DNA of 64,000 nt, taken from a virus. The notes under the pieces are model-generated. The model ran no database searches. It was not told the DNA's origin and saw nothing but the letters and a program-made list of their open reading frames with translations. A program made the translations under genes and the position numbers. The DNA is taken from the IMG/VR virus record IMGVR_UViG_3300031576_000030, positions 1-64,000 of that record; one strand, given 5' to 3'. Position 1 is the stretch's first letter. Every line of letters starts with the position of its first letter. Of the stretch, positions 56,059 through 64,000 are shown one piece after another.

Positions 56059-56586
56059 TTACTGATAGGGCAGCGCCGCACACTGTTGCGGCCTCTGCTG
56101 CCTCGGGTACTGCCTCCAGATCGGATGCCGCTCCCCACTCCAATCAAACACCAGTGGAGGCCGGTAGATACGCGGTGTTTCCCAATCCTCGGTCGGCGGC
56201 GGACACGCGCCGAACCACACCTGCCCCTGTACTCCTGTCTCAAAACCCAATCGGCGAGCCAGCCAGCGCGGCACCTCGGCCACCTCGCCGTTCACGTAGA
56301 CGTTTCGCCAGAAGTGATGCCTGGCGCTGGTGTCCAGCACCAAGCAGGGTCCAAACCAAGGCCGGTCGCTCACCCTTACCCAGGCGATGCGCCCCAAGTG
56401 CGCCGGGGACATGGCCGAGATGCCGCAACGTTGGCGATAGGGCCGCAGGTCGTACCCCCGAAACCATGCCTGATCTTCCACCGTCTGCTGCGCCCCATAA
56501 TTCACCAGAAGCCCCATCGACCACTGCGGCTGCGGCGTGAGCCAGGTCGTGACGGCAACGAGGGTCGCCAAGGTACTTGCAATCAC
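56059..56586 (-). CDS. secreted RlpA-like (double-psi barrel) protein
   Basis: signal peptide; CGISAMSPAHLGRIAWV..GPCLVLD..EV. Confidence 0.5.
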   Translation of the reverse strand: MIASTLATLVAVTTWLTPQPQWSMGLLVNYGAQQTVEDQAWFRGYDLRPYRQRCGISAMSPAHLGRIAWVRVSDRPWFGPCLVLDTSARHHFWRNVYVNGEVAEVPRWLARRLGFETGVQGQVWFGACPPPTEDWETPRIYRPPLVFDWSGERHPIWRQYPRQQRPQQCAALPYQ

Positions 56587-57503
56587 TCCATCAACCAGGG
56601 CAACGGGTCCACAATTTCGGCGGGCCAGCCGGGGAGTTGCTCACCCACCACCTTTAACGTGAGGTGAAGATGATCGCCAAAGGAATTTCCGGTGTCGTCA
56701 GCCATGCCGATCTTCTGGCCGCGTACTACTATGTCCCCAACAGATACTAAGACTTGTTGAAGATGTGCCGATATAGTTTTGACTTCCTTCCCCCCGATCA
56801 CATGCCGGATGCGGATGTGGATACCGTAAGCACCCACGTCGCTATCCTGAATCCGATACACCACCCCATCCGCGCAAGCGTAGACAGGCGAACCAGCCGG
56901 CGCACGGATGTCTATTCCCTCATGCCCCGGAAAACCAAATGGCGCGTACATGGCCGGGTTCGCCCCAAAGCGTTGCGTCACGACAGGGAAATCTGTCGGC
57001 CAGGCCAGCCGCCCTTCTCCGCCACCGCCGGTGGTCAGGCGCTCCAGCACGTTGCGCCACACGTTACGGCCCGAGGTCAGGTCGAGAAAAGCGCGGTCGG
57101 GCCATATACCGGCATTCGCCTCGCGCCATACCTCGATCTCCGTGCCCGCCGTGAGCGTCTCGCCCAGGTATTGGCCGGTGGCGTCCCGAACCTTTGCCGC
57201 GCCGGTCAGCCGAGCACGGTACAACGGTTGTGGGGGTAGGGGCAATTGCCCGTCCAGTCGTCGCTTCAACTCGTCTCGCTCGGCGGTCAAGGCCACCACC
57301 TGTGCCTGTAACGCCTGATTCTCCCCTGTCTCCGGGATCTCAAACTCTGCCGGGTTCACGCCCTTGAACGTCAGGCCCACATGCAAATTTCCTACGCCGC
57401 GTGCGGCCATCGTCATCAGCCGCTCGGCCACGGCCTTGAATTCGGCCAAGACCTCGGGCGGTTCGTCCTCGATGGAACTGAGTAATGTCCAACTTCCGCT
57501 CAT
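56583..57503 (-). CDS. M23 peptidase endolysin with SH3-like domain
   Basis: GHEGIDI, YGIHIRIRH, AHL, GDHLHL. Confidence 0.9.
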   Translation of the reverse strand: MSGSWTLLSSIEDEPPEVLAEFKAVAERLMTMAARGVGNLHVGLTFKGVNPAEFEIPETGENQALQAQVVALTAERDELKRRLDGQLPLPPQPLYRARLTGAAKVRDATGQYLGETLTAGTEIEVWREANAGIWPDRAFLDLTSGRNVWRNVLERLTTGGGGEGRLAWPTDFPVVTQRFGANPAMYAPFGFPGHEGIDIRAPAGSPVYACADGVVYRIQDSDVGAYGIHIRIRHVIGGKEVKTISAHLQQVLVSVGDIVVRGQKIGMADDTGNSFGDHLHLTLKVVGEQLPGWPAEIVDPLPWLME

Positions 57504-59725
57504 GGCAGTAATCTGTCAATGGCCGCTACGTTGGCATCGATCATCGCCGCATTGTCCTGGATCGCCTGTCGTCCCGCCTGGATGGAAGCCAAAAGTACAC
57601 GGATAGCCGCCACGTCGATCTCCCCCGGTGGCGGGGGCGGCGCGTCCACGTAGCGCGCCGTGACCAGATCGACAAAGAAATCGGTCTGCCCCGACCAATT
57701 TTTCTGGACGGCGATCTGCAACAGCAGTTCGCCATTGGCCGGGATGACCTGCCGTGCCACGAATAGGTTCCAGGGTCGGCTGGAGGTGGACACATCATGT
57801 GTCTGCACCATCTCGGCGTAGCGTCGCGAGTCTCTTATACCGCCTAACGATAACTCGGCCCGGAAGTGATCATCTTCCAGCGAGTCATTGGGCGGCGTGG
57901 GGCGGTCGGGTGACTCGCCGCAAATATAGGCCAGCGCTTCGACCGTGCGCCCGGGCGTACCGCGTATGACCTGCCTGAGTTCGGCGGAGAAGGCGATGGC
58001 CGCGAACATCTTGTAGACCAACTGGCCGTCCAGGATCAGGGCGCGCGAACCGTTGAGTTGCTCGCCCAGCCCCAATTGAGCGGCAAACTTATGCACGGCC
58101 TCGGCTGGCCCTCCGGCAATGGCTGGGACGATGTTGCCCTCCTGCATCTTCGTCGGGAAGTACATCGCCGCGCCCGAGGGGGTCAGCACGAGCGTCCACG
58201 AGACAGGCTCTTGGTTGCCATCGGATCGTGTGACCCAGTTGGTATTCTCAAAACCACCGTTAGCGACCAGACCGTAGTTACCGGGCGAGGGCGGCGCGGG
58301 AGGCGGGGGGATCACATCCACCGGCGCTAGAAAATCGGCGCTGACCCAACCCCTCACGCCCACGTCAAACAAGACCTCGTACCACAGTCCAGTCGATACA
58401 TCGGGTTGGTAGCGCGGGTACTCGCGCAGACAAATGCCGCGCTCGTTGAGGTTCAACGTGGTGAGGATGTTGCCCATCACATCCGAGCGAACATTGACCA
58501 TCTGCGCATTGGCCGTCTGCACCCGGTCGTCCAGGCCAAACGGTATCTGGCCGGGCGCGATGGCACAGGGCGGGACGCCGACGTGGATGTTCGGGGCCAC
58601 CACACGGTTGTCCACCAGCACCAGGTTCGGCGCGTCGCAGCGCGCCCAACCCGCCGCTTGAAACACGTTGCCCTGCACCGAGGTATCGCCGATGCGGTAG
58701 TGCCAACGCATCCCGTCCCACCAGGCGGCCAGGATGTTGAAGAAGTTTTGCCATTCGCCCAGGATGTTGTACTTCTGACTGCCATTGGGCTGGTCGTAGA
58801 TGTTTACTGCTAGGTGCCGCTCAGCATACAACCAACCAAATTCCTTGCCCGCTGGCGGGTAGACGGTGCCATTGGGATCAGCCATGTTGCCCTCCGCATT
58901 GAAGTAGTCAATCAAATACTGCATCACCCGCGTCCCGGCGATATCAAACGGTGCCCAGGCCACGCTGTTATTCGTACCCTCTGTGAACACAGTAAAGAGC
59001 AGCAGATAGGGATCGGCCTGCACTTCGACATCATACTCGCGCATAATGTCGAAATAAGCCAGGTCGGGGTCGGCATATTGTTCGCGCCAGCGGCTGTCGC
59101 GGAAGCGGCCCAACGCCCCGTCCAATCCCCATTCAGTGATGACCAATCGGGGCTGCGCGTCTATCGGAAGCCAGGCGTACACCGCCCGGTGGCGTAGCAT
59201 ATTGTAGATGTCGTGCGGATTGTATTCGTAGGCATGCATCCCCAGGAGATGCCCGTTCGTTCGGGCGTAGCGTAGCATGGGCAAAAGCGCCGTCCAGATT
59301 GCTGTGCCGCCCACATCCGATACTGGGCGCGAGGGACGACCTGTGCCGAAGCAGCCGATGACGCATCGGTAGCCACGCGCCTCCATGAGCCGCATACGTT
59401 CGATCTCAAAACGCGAGAACCAGGCGGCTTGCTCTGGATTCTCGCAGTTGTTCTCGTTCGGCCCCTCGATGAAAGCCGTCTGGGGGACGAATTGGATATG
59501 CGGCCACTGGAGCGCCACCCAGGCCCGCGCGCTGCCCTCGGGATCGCCATTGCCCATCTGATCATTCACATTGTCGGGGAGTTCGACCCAACGCCAGATG
59601 GCAAGGAAGCCTGTCGGCAGGTTGGTGGGGGGATCGCTATTCACCCACTTTCCGCCACGCATGCCCGCATCGATCAGAAATTGCGACGGCCCGCGTCCCA
59701 GGCCGTGCGTGCCGAGTTTAATCAT
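57500..59725 (-). CDS. glycoside hydrolase-like (TIM barrel) protein with SH3 and carbohydrate-binding domains
   Basis: EGPNE acid/base, GMHAY, LVITEWG nucleophile; VNVR..WYEV..GWVSADFL SH3b; NGGFE CBM start. Confidence 0.7.
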   Translation of the reverse strand: MIKLGTHGLGRGPSQFLIDAGMRGGKWVNSDPPTNLPTGFLAIWRWVELPDNVNDQMGNGDPEGSARAWVALQWPHIQFVPQTAFIEGPNENNCENPEQAAWFSRFEIERMRLMEARGYRCVIGCFGTGRPSRPVSDVGGTAIWTALLPMLRYARTNGHLLGMHAYEYNPHDIYNMLRHRAVYAWLPIDAQPRLVITEWGLDGALGRFRDSRWREQYADPDLAYFDIMREYDVEVQADPYLLLFTVFTEGTNNSVAWAPFDIAGTRVMQYLIDYFNAEGNMADPNGTVYPPAGKEFGWLYAERHLAVNIYDQPNGSQKYNILGEWQNFFNILAAWWDGMRWHYRIGDTSVQGNVFQAAGWARCDAPNLVLVDNRVVAPNIHVGVPPCAIAPGQIPFGLDDRVQTANAQMVNVRSDVMGNILTTLNLNERGICLREYPRYQPDVSTGLWYEVLFDVGVRGWVSADFLAPVDVIPPPPAPPSPGNYGLVANGGFENTNWVTRSDGNQEPVSWTLVLTPSGAAMYFPTKMQEGNIVPAIAGGPAEAVHKFAAQLGLGEQLNGSRALILDGQLVYKMFAAIAFSAELRQVIRGTPGRTVEALAYICGESPDRPTPPNDSLEDDHFRAELSLGGIRDSRRYAEMVQTHDVSTSSRPWNLFVARQVIPANGELLLQIAVQKNWSGQTDFFVDLVTARYVDAPPPPPGEIDVAAIRVLLASIQAGRQAIQDNAAMIDANVAAIDRLLP

Positions 59726-60095
59726 CCTGTTTCCCCAATCTCTGATACAAGCGCGCCAATTGATCGTCATACTCTTTCTGACGACGTTGAATCTCGTCGT
59801 AGCATTCTTGTAACCGATTCTCGGCTGCCCTGACCTGTTGACGCACTGTTTCTATATCCTGCTGATGATGGATTTTCTCGGCCTCGCCCTGATCACGTAC
59901 CTTTTTGATCTCAGCCTCCAATTCTGCTTGCCGCTCCCGCAGGCGCTCGTTTTCATCCGAGACTCCCTGGACGATGCGTTCCAAAGCCAGGAGTGGCGAC
60001 GGCGTGGCTTTCTTGCGCGCCGCGTAGATGATGGCGATGAAAGACAACACCCCGCTGGCAAACAAAAGCAATTGTCCCCACAAGGCTTCGCTCAT
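59718..60095 (-). CDS. membrane protein with coiled coil (lysis cassette)
   Basis: single N-terminal TM then coiled coil. Confidence 0.6.
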   Translation of the reverse strand: MSEALWGQLLLFASGVLSFIAIIYAARKKATPSPLLALERIVQGVSDENERLRERQAELEAEIKKVRDQGEAEKIHHQQDIETVRQQVRAAENRLQECYDEIQRRQKEYDDQLARLYQRLGKQDD

Positions 60096-60355
60096 ACGAC
60101 CCGCCTCCAGGAGATAACGGTCGACGCGCCAATCGAGATGACCAACAGAGCGATGGCCGGTCGGATGAGGATCACCCGCACATCCGGATCGTCAAAATTC
60201 AATAGGCTGAACTGCGTGGTGAAATACATCGTGGTCATCAAGATCAGCGGCGGCAGGGACGGCAGAAAACGGGTTGCGCCCGTCTTACGCCAATAAGCAA
60301 CAATCAGTCCAGCGACGGCGGCGCAGAGCACTGAAACCACCCAGGCCGGTATCAT
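60092..60355 (-). CDS. small membrane protein
   Basis: three TM segments; GAGGAGGT RBS. Confidence 0.6.
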   Translation of the reverse strand: MIPAWVVSVLCAAVAGLIVAYWRKTGATRFLPSLPPLILMTTMYFTTQFSLLNFDDPDVRVILIRPAIALLVISIGASTVISWRRVV

Positions 60356-60368
60356 CTCCCACCTCCTC

Positions 60369-61163
60369 TTACCACAACTCCGCCCCGCGATACGCCTCGG
60401 CCACTTCATGGCCTAGATACTTGGGCCACTGCGGCGCGACGGGTCGCACGCCAGGCCGGATGACATGCAGCCCTTCGATGCCGTAGACTCGGTCGTCCTC
60501 AATCGTCGGATTGATCACGCTCTCAAAGTCATGCTCAAAGGGTGTCTCACCCAAGAAACTGTAGATGCCACATAACGTCTGCGCCGCGTCCGCCGTCAGG
60601 CGCTCGAAGGGCACGAAGTGAATCTGCCGCCCCCAGCCTCGGGCCAGGGCATCTTTGATGCGATTGTAGGCGATGCCCAAGGGCTGGTCAGCGGCCACCC
60701 AGACCTTGCAGCGCTGCTCTACCGTCTGGAAATTCGCGTAGTTGTCCCGCTCCTGCGGCGTCTGCCGCAATCCGTTCTCGCGCCACAACCTCTCGAAGGA
60801 AGCCAGCACGTCGCGGATGTCGCGCACGGTGACGATCACCTTGGGCGGCCCGATCAGGGCGTCGATCATCTCCAGGTGGGCCAGCCATGCCCGCGACTTG
60901 TCCACCAGGATCGGCTTGGGCTGGTCGTCGTGGTAGTGTTCCAGGATGGCGCGCAGGGTGTTCTGGCGACGTTGATTGGAGAGTTCACCGCTGATGGCCC
61001 GGTGCTGCTCCAGGCCATCCCATTGATTGCGCAGTAGAAACATGACTTCGACCAAGCCCGAGGTCTCTGTCGCGTGAATGGCCGGGTTCTGGCTGAGGAG
61101 GGCGGCCAACAGGGTCGAGCCGGATCTAGGCAACCCTGATAGAAAGTATATTTTTCTACTCAT
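60369..61163 (-). CDS. sulfotransferase family protein
   Basis: 5'-PSB GLPRSGSTLL, DKSRAW, 3'-PB VRDIRDVLASF, FERL. Confidence 0.9.
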   Translation of the reverse strand: MSRKIYFLSGLPRSGSTLLAALLSQNPAIHATETSGLVEVMFLLRNQWDGLEQHRAISGELSNQRRQNTLRAILEHYHDDQPKPILVDKSRAWLAHLEMIDALIGPPKVIVTVRDIRDVLASFERLWRENGLRQTPQERDNYANFQTVEQRCKVWVAADQPLGIAYNRIKDALARGWGRQIHFVPFERLTADAAQTLCGIYSFLGETPFEHDFESVINPTIEDDRVYGIEGLHVIRPGVRPVAPQWPKYLGHEVAEAYRGAELW

Positions 61164-62526
61164 CTTCGACCAGTATACCTCGGAAGTAGTACCGCCCCAG
61201 CATCGTCGTCGCCACCGCCGCCACCGTCACCCCGCCCAAGAGCGAGGTCTCGCCGTCCTCAGGCACCAGCGGCGTGTACTTTTGCCGCTTGGCCGCCGCC
61301 GTCAGCAGAGTCGTCGTCACCGCCGCCAGGTGCTTGGCGGGCGTGCCGGTGATGCCGAAGCGTACGGTGGGCTGTGTCGTCAGGGTTGTGACCACCGTGG
61401 CTATTATACCCATTTCGTCCCACCAGAACTTGCAGCCCACCGGCAGGGTCAAGGTCGTATCCGCCACTACCTTCAGATCGATCTCTTTGGACATCAAGAC
61501 CACGTTGACGCCGCAATAGTTCTGCAAGGCATTGGCCGCCGCCTCACCGTCGTCCTTGCGGTTGATGATCATGGCCGCGATATTGGCGGCTTGTTTGATT
61601 CGGCCTTTCGCGCTTTTGCCGATGGCTATGGCGTTCTGGGCACTGACGCTGGCAAAATTCCCCACGGCGACGCCTTGACTACCCGTCGAGGAGACGCTGG
61701 CATACGACCCAAGTACTGTACCCTCAATCGCATTCACCACCGCGCCCGCCCCTATCGCTACTGCATAACCCGCCAAGGCTGTCACGGCAGCGGTGTAGCC
61801 AGACGCCACCGAGCGCGGGCCGCTGACTTCCACCGTAGCGCCGAGGCCAACGGAATACACCCCCGCCGCGATGATGTTGGACCCGACGGCAACCGCCCTG
61901 GCTCCTGAGGCCACCCGTGTCACGCCCGCTGAACGGGTGGTCTGGATGTCCACCGCGTTTAGGCCGCGCGTGTTGCCGGTGAAGTCCTTGCCAATCAGCG
62001 CCGAGCCGCTGGTGGCCGGCACCCAGCGATGCAGCATGCCCGCAGGCGTCGTGGCCTTGGTCGAGATGACGCCCTCGTGCGTCTCCGGCACCGAGGCCAG
62101 GTCGGGTCCGCCCGCGCCACCGCCCGTGCCCGTCACCGGAAAGCCCCACAGCAGGGCTTCGGGCGCAGATCCGGAGGTCAGCACCTGGCCGAAGTCGCCC
62201 ACCCCGCGCGGTGGCGCGTGACTGACGGCGCGCTTGGCCGTTCCCGTCGCGGTGCGGAATAGATCGCGCACGGCTGCCGTGCCGGTGAGCAGAATCTTGG
62301 GGACGTATCCGGCGACGGCCACCAGGCCGCGCGCGTCGAGGGCGATGCCGTTCGGATCCATCACCACGCCCAGGCTATCGTCGGTGTAGGAGCCGCTGGT
62401 GGTGGTGTCGAAGGCCGTGGCGACGGTCGGGTCCCAGATCACCACGTCGCCCTGGGCCACGGCTGCGCTGGACTTGTTCTGCATCAGCAGGACAATCGTG
62501 CGATTGAGAGCGGTATTGTCAGGCAT
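61156..62526 (-). CDS. tail/capsid fibre with YadA-head-like repeats
   Basis: ~14-aa AVAIG/SVGLG repeats; decoration-like N-terminus. Confidence 0.65.
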   Translation of the reverse strand: MPDNTALNRTIVLLMQNKSSAAVAQGDVVIWDPTVATAFDTTTSGSYTDDSLGVVMDPNGIALDARGLVAVAGYVPKILLTGTAAVRDLFRTATGTAKRAVSHAPPRGVGDFGQVLTSGSAPEALLWGFPVTGTGGGAGGPDLASVPETHEGVISTKATTPAGMLHRWVPATSGSALIGKDFTGNTRGLNAVDIQTTRSAGVTRVASGARAVAVGSNIIAAGVYSVGLGATVEVSGPRSVASGYTAAVTALAGYAVAIGAGAVVNAIEGTVLGSYASVSSTGSQGVAVGNFASVSAQNAIAIGKSAKGRIKQAANIAAMIINRKDDGEAAANALQNYCGVNVVLMSKEIDLKVVADTTLTLPVGCKFWWDEMGIIATVVTTLTTQPTVRFGITGTPAKHLAAVTTTLLTAAAKRQKYTPLVPEDGETSLLGGVTVAAVATTMLGRYYFRGILVEDE

Positions 62527-62535
62527 GCTTCATCC

Positions 62536-63051
62536 CTATATCTGGGCCACCACGTATTGCGCCGTCAAGATGCTGCCCGCGCCCGGCGCGGCGTCGAATT
62601 CGATCTTGTCGCGGTCGACCGACAGGCCGACCGTGGCCGGATCCACCTCCAGGCCATCGTCGCTCACCCGATCCACGTACTCGGCAAAGTCGGGCAGGTC
62701 GTAGACCAGCGCCACGCCATCGGCGATCCAGCGCGTCAAGCCATGCAGGTGGCCCGCCGCGCCTCCGCCGGTCGCACCCGATTCCAAGTCCGCCAGCCGC
62801 GCGCGGATATGGTTCAGGTTGTCGACCAGACTGGGGCTGCCCGAGGTCGCCGAACTCGCCAACTCGGTCGTGTCGTATGTCACCCGCGACTGGATGAGTT
62901 GTCCGATGAATCCGCCCGGCGGTGTACCCGTGCCGCCGCTGGATCCCTGGCTGCCGCCCAGGTAGATGGGCGAGACCGACCAGCGCACGCGGTAGGCCTC
63001 CAATATCTCGATCAGCGTGTTGGGGAACTCTACGACGCGGTTGAGGGACAT
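62536..63051 (-). CDS. structural protein
   Basis: ADGVALVYDL..IEFDAAPGAGS..YV beta-domain. Confidence 0.55.
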   Translation of the reverse strand: MSLNRVVEFPNTLIEILEAYRVRWSVSPIYLGGSQGSSGGTGTPPGGFIGQLIQSRVTYDTTELASSATSGSPSLVDNLNHIRARLADLESGATGGGAAGHLHGLTRWIADGVALVYDLPDFAEYVDRVSDDGLEVDPATVGLSVDRDKIEFDAAPGAGSILTAQYVVAQI

Positions 63052-63054
63052 GGC

Positions 63055-64000
63055 TCATAGGTTGACATAACATGGTTCTCGGAACCAACAGTCACCGAAG
63101 TTGAACGTACCGCCACATCGCGGCCCGATGTCAAACGCTCTCAGGTTCACCCCGGCGGAGGCGGTAGCCACGCTCTGCCAGGAGAGGCCTGCATCCCGGC
63201 TGCGGACGACGACCCGGCCTGATCCGCCGTATCCGGTGACGAGGGCATAGGTCTCATGCCCCACGCCCGCGTCCCCGGCCACATAAGTGTTGGCGACGAC
63301 CTCCAACCAAAAGACGTTGCCAGTGATGGGCGTGGGCATCGTGACATCGGAGAACGTTCCCCAGGCGTCCGTGGTGCGGTGCGCCTTTCCAGTACCCGGA
63401 TGGTTTCGCATCATGATGAGTTTGTCCGCGACGCTGACGGAGATTGCCCCATCACGCAGCCAGCGTTCGGTAGTTCCGGTGGGCGGGCAGGGCGTGCTCG
63501 TCTCGGAACGGATGTCGGGCAACCGCACGCCTTGATCGAGAGAAACGCCAAACGCCGCCAAGATGGACTTGTTCCAAACGCCGGTGCTATGGGTGTGGGC
63601 ATACAGCAGATCGTCATAGGATTCGGGATCGACGTTCCCGCCCAACCAAGCGACCATCGGGCCGAAAGAACTGGGGATGAACTTGTCCGATCCCGTGACG
63701 AAGCACAACGAATCTCCATGCGTCAGTGTCTGCCCCAACCAACAAGGGAAGATCTGACCCGTCACAAGATGAATGGCGTACACGGCTCCGCGGTGCTGGG
63801 TAGAATCCGCCTTTTCGTACTCGACGGCGATGAAGACGCAGGGATGCGCGCCAGGGTAACGCCCTAAGTCCGACGCCTGATTGCCGAATAAGTTTGTTTT
63901 GCAGATGCCCTGGATAAATGGCAGGCTACCGTCTGGGCCATCGGCGGGTGTGATCTCGGTCGATACGCCCGCATTGTAAAAATACCAGTGTGGCCTATCC
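63055..64000 (-). CDS. tail protein with BNR/Asp-box repeats (5' truncated by window edge)
   Basis: frame is open from the window edge; RTTDAWGTF and RSRDAGLSW Asp-boxes. Confidence 0.6.
   Translation of the reverse strand, partial: DRPHWYFYNAGVSTEITPADGPDGSLPFIQGICKTNLFGNQASDLGRYPGAHPCVFIAVEYEKADSTQHRGAVYAIHLVTGQIFPCWLGQTLTHGDSLCFVTGSDKFIPSSFGPMVAWLGGNVDPESYDDLLYAHTHSTGVWNKSILAAFGVSLDQGVRLPDIRSETSTPCPPTGTTERWLRDGAISVSVADKLIMMRNHPGTGKAHRTTDAWGTFSDVTMPTPITGNVFWLEVVANTYVAGDAGVGHETYALVTGYGGSGRVVVRSRDAGLSWQSVATASAGVNLRAFDIGPRCGGTFNFGDCWFREPCYVNL

Noticed and set aside
1-64000. Integrase, repressor, canonical tRNA or reverse transcriptase
   Set aside because: No supporting motifs recognised by eye; they may lie outside the window.

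Overview
GC-rich tailed-phage (Caudoviricetes-like) genome segment that appears circularly permuted or is most of one genome. No integrase or repressor was recognised. The late genes run on the minus strand leftward from the terminase small subunit (26533): TerL, a portal-MuF fusion, a ~10 kb cassette of 7 glycosyltransferases and 3 SAM methyltransferases, prohead protease, decoration protein, major capsid, head-tail and tail genes. Further tail, sulfotransferase and lysis genes enter from the right edge (64000->55645). The plus strand carries a primase, a DnaB helicase, five DNA methyltransferases (one with a nested alternative-frame gene), many small early genes, a split SNF2 helicase, a sliding-clamp-like protein and a HerA-like ATPase. 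The most striking feature ends the plus-strand arm: a stand-alone Cas7/RAMP-like gene (54512-55144) followed from its stop codon by a 290-nt non-coding tract. That tract parses into 56 consecutive 5-nt (occasionally 6-nt) units, 54 of them ending in GY with variable bases between, and no CRISPR array or other cas gene was found. It is a candidate minimal RNA-guided system with a periodic, non-CRISPR guide RNA. Several structured ncRNA candidates, gene relics and homing endonucleases are also present. All product calls rest on motifs read by eye; no database searches were run.
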